Assembly: GCA_012295275.1 (NCBI GenBank)
Contig: CM022670.1
Span: 9,858,001 to 9,922,000 of the forward strand
Direction of reading: 5' to 3'
From: Chrysomallon squamiferum
Taxonomy: Eukaryota; Animalia; Mollusca
Length of the DNA stretch: 64,000 bases
Shown piece after piece: positions 11,125 through 56,108 of this stretch. Both the position numbers and the translations under genes were made by a program. The notes beneath the pieces are model-generated. The model was given only the letters and a program-made list of their open reading frames with translations, did not search any database and was not told the DNA's origin. Within the stretch, counting starts at the first letter, position 1; each line of letters begins with the position of its first letter.

Positions 11125-13026
11125 TATATATATATATATATAATAATAGATAATAAATAAATAAATAAATATTAAAATTATAAAATAATAATATTAATAA
11201 TTAAAAAATAAACTGTAAACAATAAGAAAAAAAAAAAAAAAGGAAAAAACCATAAACCATTTATTAATTTTAAGGCACAAAATTTAAGTCTGTGCTTCAA
11301 CAATGGCATCACTAAGACTATCAATGTCAAATTCATTTAAGATTTTATCATTCAAATGGCATATAAGAACAAGACTTTTTCATAAACTGTATAATCAATT
11401 TTAATGGTTTTATTTTTGTTTTTAACAAATGTTATGTCTGTTTTTGGTTACAAAAAGTAAAAGTTAAGTTTAAATAATAATAATGATGATAATAATAATA
11501 ATAATATAGTTCCTTATAACAGATGACAGGAGTCTACTGGACTTAAGTTAAAGTGTTTAACTAAATTCTGTAAAACTAATCTGTATTTCTAACACCTCAT
11601 TAAGATTTAGATACCTGAAGAACAGCAAAATCACTGAGGTTTAAAATCACTGAGGTTAATGGCTGAAGCAATATAATCTTAATCATTATATACATTTTGT
11701 CACCTTATAAACAAGATTATGCATATGAAATTTTCTGAGATGGTTCCATGGGAGCAAATGAAAGAACAACAATTAAAAACGGAATGCAACATGCACACTG
11801 AGACTGATACTGTGGAAGACTATTGTACGAGATATAAAGAATATAAAAACTGTTAAGTTTAAGTAATATAGGTGTGTAGATGTTAGCTACAAATAACAAA
11901 ATTGGAACAGTTCAGCTGGGCAAAATGTAATTATAAGCAGCATGAAAGTGTTGAAAGCACAGTAAATTGCTTTTATAAATGTTATGTACATTACACATGC
12001 AGTTTTATTTAACTATAATACATTTCGTTTTTATTGGGTTGTTGAGATGAAAACTTAAACTTCAAAAAAATTCTTTAAAAAAATATTTTACAGGTTTTAA
12101 GATAAAATTTTAAAAAGACAAAAAAAAAAAAAAAAAAAAAAAAAAAGACAAAAACCAATTCAAAATAAATTGTCTTTCAATTTTATTCTTTTTTATAAAA
12201 AAAGAAATCTTAAAAGTTGTAAAAGTTATGTCACTAACTGTATGAAATAAAACCTAGTATTTCATTTCAGAATGGTTTTGACAAATAAGAATGATTTAAT
12301 CATAAGCAAAATATTAAGAAATGTAATGTAACTGAATTTAATCATGCTTTAGTATTTAATAATTAAACAAAGCTTGTTAATAAAGTAGCCTGTCAGTTCA
12401 TACATGATTGAATTCTAACCATTCTAAATGTTTATCTAAAATAGTATATATAAACTTTTAAAAATGATTAGATCTCCTTAATGAACAAAAAAAGAAAAGA
12501 TATTTAGAAATATTATTAATAAGTGCCTATTCATATAAAAATGATCCACAAATAAACCATTTATAAAATTTAATCCACTTCTTCCAAAAAGTTACCCATC
12601 GTGAACACTGAGAATTTTATATATTATTATTTTTCTTAAACAACAATTAAAAGTTTTCTTTTTACCTAATTATCTAATACATCTTTTGAATTCAATACTC
12701 CCAGGAATGCCTGCAACTCTCAAATATACACCACAAACACACTTTCCCAAATAAACGATTCCATTTTAACAACACATTATGCAGTATAACTGATCCATAC
12801 TTCATGAGGATGTAACAAGAATCCTATACTTCATGAAATGAGCTTGTAATTCCAGAACTTCGGAAAACAGAATTAATCCTCGTGTCATGTATAATTTTTG
12901 TTTATTTATTAATTAATTAATTTATTTATTGATTTATTGATATTTTTTTTCACACAGTGATGTTAAAGCCAGCACTGAAGACTATTTAAAGCTAATTCTG
13001 AGAATAGATTCTGTAGATGAGATGCC

Positions 13027-45245
<32,219 letters not shown>

Positions 45246-45273
45246 TTTGAAAATCTAATTTGGTAGGATGATT

Positions 45274-46763
45274 CTGGGAAATAATAAATATACCAACAAC
45301 AAACAAAATATTTTCAAATAAGCCAAACCAAATGGTTCAAGCAAGGAATCCGAATACGGAATAGGCTAAATGCCTGATCCTTTTGACATTAAATCCCTCC
45401 TTTTAAGTAATTTTAATGACCCGAATAATTTCTGCATTTGAACCACAATTTTGTGAATACTTGCAATGTCCTCTTCCATTTTTAAATTATGTTTACATGC
45501 TGATTCGACTATATGAAGCAGACATGTTTATCAGCTGTCAAACACCAACACATATTCATACTGGCGTTGGCCTCTTAATGAAGATAAGTTCCAAAAATAC
45601 CACAGCAAGTAATGTACGTTCTCATAGGAACAACTGTCTTTCAAGCTGATATGTCACCCAAGTGGAAACTTCTGTTTAGCGTATTGTTTGTTGCCATGTG
45701 TTAGTTAAATCAACAATGTTAAACTCTTCAAATTTGATAGTTGGAAGCGATGCTCGTTTCAACGCTGCAAGATCAATTCAACATGGAGTCTTAAAATTAT
45801 AATGCTTTCTAAACAACAATATTTAACAGTTTTTTTAAAAACAATTTGTTATCTGTTTCTGGATGTTGTTAAATACATCAACAAAATATTGCTTTATTTA
45901 TATGTTTATTAAATTACATTTCATCTACCGTATGAGTTTATTTTGCAATTTTAAATATTAATTTACATGACTGGGTGTTTTACAAGTATATTTAAAATTT
46001 CTCCGTAAGTTGACAGCTAAACAGGTGCCCGTGAGTTTGGACCCCGCAGTTGTAGATTTTTAAAGTTATAGAAAAACATTATCTGGTTCAAGTCTAAGGT
46101 CTGGAATCAGAGGTTTTCTTTGGAAAATGAAATAATTTCGTTAGAATAAATTTTAAGCCGTATGTGGGAATAATGCCTTCGAAAATAATAAAAGTATAAT
46201 TTATTTCATCGTTTTGTTTCATATTCGGGCAAAATTATAAAAAATAATAAATGTTGAGGCCCAAATGTTAACTGGAATATTGTTCTTTGTTCCATTTTTT
46301 CAGTTTTTGTTTGCTTATGACAGTATTGCGCTTTCGTTAAGTTTATTCAATTATTGTATTAAAATGATAGCATTTTATCGCTACTGTGTATGTCAAAACC
46401 ATATTAAAATACAATCTCAGTTATTCTATTAAATATATAGTTTTCAAATTAAGAAACTGAATTTAAGGTTTATTTAAAATTCATAAATGTGACTTTCTTC
46501 TTTACAATACATTTTTTTTTTTTTTTCATTTATTGTATTTCTGCCTTTTTCCATTGAAAACACATGCAGGCTTACAGCACTAAAATTAAAATAAAAAAGT
46601 AAACCAAGGGAAGCAACTGGAGAGGTTTAAAAAGTTTCGATAATCTGGTTCTTTGGTAAAGGTCTACGATTTCCCGCCATTTCTGCAAATGTTCTGTTTA
46701 TAAAATTATCTGAAATTGTTGGGTTCTTTAAATTAGTTATTTTGGCTCCTTACGCTTGTAAAT
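45274..46763. promoter_or_regulatory. Divergent (head-to-head) promoter region of ROCK and RPA2
   Basis: Start codons 1.5 kb apart in opposite orientation; CpG retained locally. Confidence 0.65.
46670..46682 (+). promoter_or_regulatory. E2F site overlapping YY1-like motif upstream of RPA2
   Basis: TTTCCCGCCATTT contains the E2F consensus TTTSSCGC plus CGCCATTT, ~85 nt upstream of the ATG; replication genes are typical E2F targets. Confidence 0.6.
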
Positions 46764-49700
46764 ATGTGGCAGAATCAAGGTGGTAAGCTAAATATCAACA
46801 TGTATCTTAACTGTTTTATCACAATATGATAGACGGACATTTCAAAATAAAAATATTAATGAATCGTTCCATAATTCGACGTAAAACCGCTAAATGACAA
46901 AACGAAACAGAAACAGTTCTGAGTTCATGAAAAAAATAAAAATAAATAAAATAAAATAAAATGAAAAGAAACCTTTTCAAGTCAAAAATTAATTATTATA
47001 TTCATTCTGATATAAACTAATTTGTTCTGTATTTCTACATCATTGTAGTTTTTGTACTGTATCATTGTCTGATAATCATTCATTTACCACCACTGAACTG
47101 TACCCCACTGCTGGTTTACCTTTCCTGTTTATGAAGTTAATAAGACTGAGAGTAGGCTGTTAAGTGGCACAAATTACTCTAAATAAATACAATTTCTGAC
47201 TTATAACACTAACAGTGTAACATGTTGAGTGTCTTAAATATACTATATTATATAGTCCTAATAAGTAATATTTAATTGTGTGTTTCATAATGTTATTTTC
47301 TTCCATCATAGTCTGAAGATAGAATCTGGATTTAACATTTGACACAGATTTTCATTTCAGTTAAAAAAAATTAAATACAGTTTGGCTTTATTATTATTTT
47401 AGCTGAATAAGCTGTGGTATTAAACAAAAAATGATACTGAAATTACAGTGTATGACTAAAGTCCTTTACCACATAAAAATTCATTAAATAGAAGTAATTT
47501 GGTTTAAATTTTATTTTGTTTTATTAATATTATTATTTATATATTTTTCTAATTATTTATTATTAATCATTTTTATTTTATTTTAGTATTTTTTTTTTTT
47601 GGTGAAATGTATGATTGAGATATATATATATATATATATATATGCAAGAAAATACTTACCATTATTTCAGGTTTCAACCAGACAGGATATGAAGGTGCTA
47701 CTGGAACAGGGTATCCATCTCCTGGTGGATTTGGAACACCCAGTCAGACACAGGAAAGAAAGGTAAGTTAAAAAGAAAAATCAGAAAATATTAGGTGGTT
47801 TTATTTTTGTGTATGCAATGAAATAAGCATTATTTCTAATATATTTGAACGGTTTTATTCTTTTTTGTTTTTATTATTCTTACATATTTATTTATTTTCT
47901 TGTTTTTGTTTTTCCCCCTTATTTAAAAAAAAATAATTTGTGATTCAGTAATTACTTAAATTACATAAATATTCTGAATTGTTTTTATTATACTGCTAAT
48001 TCCTTTCTTTATACATTTTCAGAGCCAAAATAGAGCTCAGAATATTCTTCCTTGTACAACAGCACAGATACTGAATGCAGTAATGAATGAAGATAAATTC
48101 TTTTCAGGAGATATTGAAATTAAACAGGTTTATAATAAAAAAATTTAAATTCATTAGACTTTTTTTTAATTATTATTTATATCCGATGTTATTTCAAAAT
48201 ACATTCCAGATTAAACAAAATTTCTAAGGGTATCAGTAGCAACTCTGGCCATTTAGGCTGTTGATTATGCACCCCCTCGTATAAACTTCTGAATACAAGC
48301 CTGAGAATAATAGTTTCAATCCTCCACAGAGCATATATTTATTATTTTCCTTTTAAACAAAAGCTGTATGCATGTATGTTTCTGCGCATGGAGAGTTATT
48401 AGCTGCAAATATGTGAACGGCCGCACAATGTGTCTTCTGTCAGATTAATTAAATATGTTGTTTATGATTGTTACAGGTTACCATGGTAGGTTTGGTAAGG
48501 ACGGTGAAGGAATCTCCCACAAGACTTGATTATGAGATAGATGACATGACAGGACCCCCAATTGAAGTAAAACAGTTTGTTGACAATGATGTAAGGAAAT
48601 AATTTTTGGATATTATAATTAATTGTTTTACATAGACAATACTGGAAGCAGTTGTCCAGTTATATATATATTAAAACAGTTGTAAAATAAATACAAGTAA
48701 AATATAAAAAGTTGTTCTGATATATATTGAATTTTCTATCCACAATTTGCTGTGTTTGCAATTGTCTATATCAGTTAGTATCTTTGCAGATATTTCAAAT
48801 TTCCAAGAATTTTGTGCATTTTTTCTTCATTTTGATCATTTTCATAGCTGTTGTGTACAGGTTGAAATATTAATAGTTTTGTGGGGGTTTTTCTTCTTTT
48901 TTTTTCTAAATTTTTTTTATTTCTGCAGGAAAGTGTGCCTGATGATGAACGAGTCCCAAGTATGAGAGAGAATACTTATGTCCGTGTCTGTGGACATCTG
49001 CGGATATTTGGTGGAAAGAAGCACATCGTTGCATTTCGTATGATGCCAGTCACAGATATGAATGAACTGACATGTCACATCCTTGAAGTTATTCAGGCTC
49101 ATATAATCCTTTCAGCTCCAGAGGTAATTGTGATCTTACAGTAATTGTTTTGCTGTTAAAAGTATAAAAGAACATTTTTGCTATATTGTAAGTCTTACTG
49201 ATTTGTTGTATATGGCTGATCCAGAGTGCCCTAGCTGTGTCATACCACAGAACAATTGCTGCAATATTTCATAATGGAACAGAACAAAAATTCAGTTACC
49301 CATTATGATACATGATTATATTACTGACTGAAGTTAATGTTTATCAGAAATTTATCATCTTTGGTGGGTATGCAGCACTTATATCTCACATCCATAAACG
49401 TGTGAACATGCTAATCATAACAGCTTATACCACAAATCAGATTTGACACAAGCTTCAAACTGTTGCTTGTCAGATAAAGAGAATTCCACTTAAGTTGTAA
49501 AAAAAATATAATAATAGTTAAAAACAAGAAAAAAAATTACTCATCTAGTAATATTCATTTTGAATGAATTCAAAAAATAAAAATTAAAATAATTCCTGTA
49601 TGTGGTTGTTTTTCTTTTTATTCCTTTCTTCCATATTATTATTATATTTTATAATGTAAACATGCATATATTAATTATCAAATCAACTAACTTTATATTT

Positions 49701-51036
49701 CTATGCTTTAATTTGTACATCTTTGGGTGGATTTTTCTTCATAACAAGAAAATAATAATTAATATTGTACTGTTACTTATTTAGAAAATGGAGAACCCAG
49801 ATGCAGTTCCAACTCGGATGGACATTGATATGAGTACAGGTGGTATGATAACAGGACTAACACCATTACAGTCTCAGGTAAAATATAATATAAATTATTC
49901 CATTTGCATTCACAATAATTACAGCCATTTTTGTCATAAATAAATATAAAATATTTAAATCATAATTTAAAACAAAACATTTGACAAACAATTCCACACT
50001 TATAATATTTTCAAACTCATATTTTTTATCTGTATTTACTGCACCTGATCTGTAAAGGATGGTATTTTGAATTTATTTCTGACAGATTTTTGTTAGTATA
50101 TCCATTACACCATTATTTTTAAATATCGCTTAAGACAGTTAACTTCCTTGTGAACTGGTTTTTAATAACAACTAATTAAAAAGAGAAATATATATATATA
50201 TTTATTAAGACAGTTAACTTCTCTGTGAACTGTTTTTAATAACAACTAATTAAAAAGAGAAATAATAAATGTATTATTGCAGCTTCAGATGATAATAAAA
50301 AACAATCGTTCTGACACTGGGGCCAGTATTCAGGAGATCTGCAAAGAAATGAGACATGTTTCTGCAAAAGATATCAAGTAAGTATTAAACAATATAGGAA
50401 GACATTTTTTGTAGCTTTATGTTCAGGATGCTATTTGGAAGCATTATGTGTAATACTGGTTATTAAAGGTTGTTACTCTTTTTTTCCTGTTTAAAGGAAA
50501 ATGCTTATAAAAAATTCCTCTGTTAACAGAAAAATGTTTGTCATCTGGTAGTCAGTGATACATAAATATTATGTTCTGGTGGTTTCATAAAAAAAATATA
50601 TACAAAAAGAAGTATCTGTTTTGCAGTTTTATTTTTCAAACAGTAAGCTGCATATAATTAAGTGGACTTTTTACTTTATTATCTTTGACTTTTGGATGAG
50701 GCAATTTATTAATTTTCTTTTGATAAATTTAACATGACCTCTTTCTTAAAAATATTTCAAGTTCCTACCAGTTATGCATAAATTACTGGAGTTATGGCCC
50801 TTGTCCTACATTTAAAACTGTTTTCAAAAGGTTAATGTTTTGGATACTGGGTGATAATTCAGTGTTGTTAATGTAGTTGCTTTGGATTCTAATGATATAG
50901 TTTGTTTAACTTCTCAATAAATAATCCTTTTTAATTTGTTTTATTTATTTTCAGAGATGCTGTTGAATTTCTAAGCAGCGAAGGACATATTTATTCAACA
51001 GTGGATGATGATCACTATAAAGCAACAGATGGATGA
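46764..51036 (+). CDS. RPA2: Replication protein A 32 kDa subunit, 8 exons, 795 nt, 264 aa
   Basis: Exons 46764-46782, 47671-47762, 48023-48127, 48477-48590, 48929-49123, 49785-49877, 50283-50377, 50955-51036, all in phase. N-terminal [10 protein letters not shown] phosphodomain, OB fold ([26 protein letters not shown]), C-terminal winged helix [23 protein letters not shown]. Confidence 0.96.
50130..50264. repeat. Near-perfect ~60-bp tandem duplication in RPA2 intron 6
   Basis: taagacagttaacttc..tgtgaactg..ttttaataacaactaattaaaaagagaaata occurs twice. Confidence 0.9.
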
Positions 51037-52159
51037 ACAACACTGTTGATTACAAATATCTTCTAATTCTGTGCTAAATAGTAGAGACAAATTTCAGTAT
51101 GTCTGTGATTATATGTTTAAATAGCAGATTTGACAAAATACCATACCAAGAAAACCCAACAGGATGTGCATGTAATTGGTTATATTATTTGTTTCTGTTT
51201 TGCATAAGAATATGTACAAGTAATCTTCTTGTTGATTATAGACAAAAAAAAGGGGTTACAGAAAAAAGAGAAATGTCAAGAAATAATCAATTGTACTCAA
51301 ATTTGAAAGGGTTTTTCAGAGTTTTTTGTTGTTATTGTTTTTGTTTTTTTAACTTAATCAATGTTACTATTAATAACTAAGGTATATGCCTACTATTATT
51401 TACTGCAGAATTGTTGCATATTGGTCATTTTTAACTTAAACATGAATAAAAAAATGTCTCAGTATTTTGACCATACTTATGACAACTTTAAAATAGTTTT
51501 AATTACAAAAGTTTGTAAATCTCAGCTGAGTACTGGAGAAATTTCAATGTTTGTGATCATATGTTTAACACATGAAAAAAAAAGTAATAGAAATTTGTTA
51601 TATTTGCTTTTGTACATTATGGATTAGTAATTCTTACACAGAAAAGGAGAAAAAAAATAAAATAAAATAAACATTTTGGAAAGTGCTGTTTGTTTTTTGT
51701 TTTTTTAACTTAATCAGTATGTCTTTGGACATTCTACATGTAAATAAAAATTAAGAACTAACGTATATGACTGCCATTAATTATTGCAGAATTGTTGAGG
51801 ATTAGAGATTTTTAATCTAAGACATAATTTTATATATATATATAGGTCTAGATATTTTGAATAGATTTTAAAATATTTTAGTGGTTAGTCATTATAAGTC
51901 TTATTTAGTCTTTGAGAATTAAATAAAATATTCAATATGAATTCATGAATTTATTATACTGATCAAATAATGCAATACCTTTAAATGCCATTAATTAAGA
52001 AGTCAAAACCATGGAACTAAAAGTAGAAGTGATGTCCATGTTTCTTGAAAATATATTTAGTGTATTGGTTTGTGGGGTATCGCCATTGGCCAATTCCATT
52101 TTATATTATTTTATTTTATTTTATTATTATTATTAAAATTATTATTATTTTTTTTTTCC

Positions 52160-52410
52160 ATGGGCATGCGGAAATACAATTGTTACAGTAAAACGGTCCT
52201 AATTGTTCGCTTTGATACCGCTGTTTGATATAAGGGAGGTAACTGTATTAGTAGAGGGCGTATAATGCAAAATGGTTTCAGCTTTGTGATGTAGAACCAA
52301 ATTTCGGTGGAATTTCGATTATTTTTAACACTTGTCTGTATTTATGGGTTTTACAACAAACGGGTCTAATGTGTAAATACAGCTTTCCTTAACAGGAATA
52401 CTGAGCAAAA
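52160..52410 (+). promoter_or_regulatory. Putative EFR3 promoter/5'UTR
   Basis: CpG-retaining segment immediately upstream of ATG GCA G|gtaggt. Confidence 0.5.
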
Positions 52411-55400
52411 ATGGCAGGTAGGTTTCGAATATGAGCATGGCATATTCGATTATTTATGATTTCTAAATTCCGACGATCATGCTTGTAAATAATATTAAAT
52501 ACATTCGAGGTACTAAAAGTATTACTGGTTCTCAATAAAATGTTTAAAAAGAGGACTTGAAAGTTTTGCTGGGATTTAGGTTAATGGCATGCCTTGATAT
52601 TGTGATAATGGTGTGATTACCTATGTTGAATGAGAGCGAAATGAAAAGTGACATTTCATGTGCGCGATCGTTTCTCAGATGAAACTTGCTCACGAGATTT
52701 GATGCTTCACAAGATAGAATTCTTTCCACAGTCACTTTGTTCGTTGATTGAAAGACATAAATTTTCTATGCAGTGTCTTTATTTCAATTTACATCAATAG
52801 TGTGGAAGGCATAATCAATTTCATTATCACTTTAGTAGTTCCTTGGCACAAAATGCCACCCATTCTTCAGACTTTAATGGGTGCCAGAATTTTCTACTCA
52901 TTAGATTCTAATGAGAACACCACAAAATTCAAAATGACTAAAAATCCCTAATTCTATTAATTTTATACATCAGGAGACAAAAATTCATTGAACGAAAAAT
53001 AATAAATGAAAAATAAAAATAATTAATAACGACCAAACTTCAGTTAATAAGAGGTACAGAATTAAAATTATTCTTCATAACTTGTATACTTTTTTATCAA
53101 CTACTTTACAAACATTCACATAATTGTTGTTGTTTTTTTTCAAATTATTTATCCAGTTTGCTGTGGCTGCTGTTCAGCCTTAAAGCCAAGATACAAGAGA
53201 CTGGTAGACAACATTTTCCCAGCCAACCCAGAGGTATCATGTCATGTTTAGAAACAGTAAAATTGACTATTAATATGTATAAACAAATAATTAGAAATTT
53301 CATCATAACATCAAAAATAAAAGACAGGAACTTGACAGACATCATGGATTATTTTATATTGAAGAGGGCATCATATTAAATAAGTATTATTAAAAATAAA
53401 TCTTAATAATGATGTCTATAGTTTAACACTAAATACTGAATACAGGTTTTTCTGTGAATGGTACTATTCGTTTTTTTTTTTTTGTTTGTTTGTTTGTTTT
53501 GTTCATGTTATTTCTTTTCGTCATTAAATATTGTTTTGTTTATAATATATATATTTTATAAATTTTATGTAAAATGTAATGTTTCCAGGAGGGGTTACAG
53601 AAAAATAATATGGCTCAGCTAACATTTTATGCTGTTTCATCACCTGACAAACTTGATAAAATAGGCCAGTATATGGAACAGAGATTAAGCAGAGAAGTAC
53701 ACAGACATAAGATTGAGTAAGTTAAATGTCAGAATATATTTAAATATTGAAGAAAACAAGATTTTGGTACCATCCTTGAATGCATATATATTACTTTAAA
53801 TCTAAGGCTAATCTGGAATAGATGAAATTTTAGTTTCTTTCTGTTTCATTGGTTGTTATCACATTTTATTACATATAAGTTCATGGTTATTGTAATAATG
53901 TAAATAATTTTAACCTTATTATTTAATTATATTTTGTGTTTTCATATGAATTAAAGATTTCAGAAATGACATATCTTTCAAAGTAGACAAACTTCCAAAC
54001 CAAAATTTTAATAACCATGGTCTTAATAATAATTATTCTGTTTTTCTGTTAAATATGTGTAAGATACCTAATTGTAATTCTGTCAACAAAATATATTTTA
54101 AAACTGCAACATGTGCAAAAGATAATGTTTTTATAAATAAAATTTACCTCTATAAAACTATATTTTACATTTCTGAACACAGATCTCAGTACAAAACGTT
54201 TTTTAAATTAATAATTTTTAAATTATTGTAATTGTAGATTAGCAGGTTATTTATGTTATAATAATAAACAGCAGGTTTAATTTTTTTCTTTTCTTTTGTC
54301 ATTAATAATTTGCTCTATTATGATAAATTCTGTTTATTATAGATATGTATTTATTGGAATGGAAGCTTGTGATCAGTTATTAAAGTCATGTCACGCACAA
54401 TCTCTTAATCTGTTTGTGGAAAACTTTTTGAAAATGGTGCAGAAGTTACTAGAGTGTGAAGAACCAGAACTGCAAATTCTAGCCACAAATTCAGTAAGTT
54501 TCTTCACTTAGTAAGACATTAAAAAATAGTAAACAAACTGTATAGAATGACTGAATGAAATAACAATTTTGTTTTTAATTCTTTTTTTAATTTCTTTTTC
54601 TTTTTTAACCTTCATCTTTGGTTTGTAAATCATTGTAAGTTAATTTTTTATGCATATCTTTATATACACAAATTATTTGCATATGTGTGTGTGTGTGTGT
54701 GTATAAATAAATAGATAGATATTTATATTTATATAAATTCCAATACAATTTAGAAATAATTTGAACTCAAAGAAGCAGCTTTACTGAAAATTTTAATTAT
54801 TTTTTTGATTTAATTAAAAAAAAAATTAGTCTTTATATGTTACATTATCCTCAAAGAAGAAACATAATAATATTTTGTTATCAGTTATGAGGAAGAATTA
54901 TCAACAGTTAATTAAAAAAAATAAAAAATAAGGATAACCTTCTCCTGTTTTTATATTTTGAAAAGGATACTAATATCATAAATATGATTTTTTGCCATTG
55001 CAAAAATAATTACAAAATATATAATACTCATTTATTTTCTTTATAGTTTGTGAAATTTGCAAATATTGAAGAAGACACACCATCATATCATCGACGATAT
55101 GATTTCTTTATTCAGAGATTTAGCACAATGTGTCATAACAATATTGCTGATGAAGAGACAAAAATGAGGTAAAATAAACATTTTATTCCAAAAAATGTTT
55201 TATTTTATTTTATATTTTTTCACATTATTTCATTTATTTAAATTACAGGCCTTATTCTGTACTCTTTCATTTTGGTGTATTTTTATTACCATTATTATTA
55301 ATTTACATTTGACATTTACCAGTGTAAAAATTGGTAAAAATATTTAATGATGATATCTTAATTTTAAATGTAATTGATTAGTAGATTCATAATGATATTT

Positions 55401-56053
55401 AATTTTTGTTTAAAAAAGAAATGTTTAAAGATGATACAGAAAAAAAGAGAGATAAAAAATCACGAACGACTCTGTAGGCAGTTTATTTAAAATATTTTCA
55501 ATAAACACTTTGACATACCAATGTGGTCACTTTTAAATATCCTCAGATCTTGTTCATTACTATTGCCGTGATATCACAGGCATTGACTGTAGTTTAAAGT
55601 AGTTACAAAATCATTAGAATGTTTCAAACTTGTGTATCAAAATAAACAAAGCAAAATTGATGTTATTTTTACTCTTAATTTTATATATATACATACATAC
55701 ATATTCAAAAATAATGTTGTAAGTAAGGAAAAAGATTCATCCCTATGTTGTTGTTGTTTTTGTTACCTTTGCCCACGAAATGTATTTAAGAGGAAAGATT
55801 GTTACTGAAAATGTAGTTTATTTTCTTGGACAATGAACATTATTTACTATATGTTATATTTATGAATAGATCTTTGCCAAATTAAATATATATTTATGTA
55901 AAATAAATATAAAAACATTATTTTTTTTTTATTAAAAGCTTAACTTAATTATTATTATTTATACTGTTATTAAAATTTGTGCTTTGATGTTATTTTTAAA
56001 TTCTTTATTAAAAGATAGATAGGATTATTATTATCGTTATCTTTATTGTATGA

Positions 56054-56108
<55 letters not shown>

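Noticed and set aside
46080-46105. GGTTCAAGTC B-box/T-loop-like word
   Set aside because: No cloverleaf or A-box; not a tRNA
48226-48303. Possible MITE end (caccccctcg...ttctgaatacaagcctg) in RPA2 intron 3
   Set aside because: No matching terminal inverted repeat or target-site duplication identifiable
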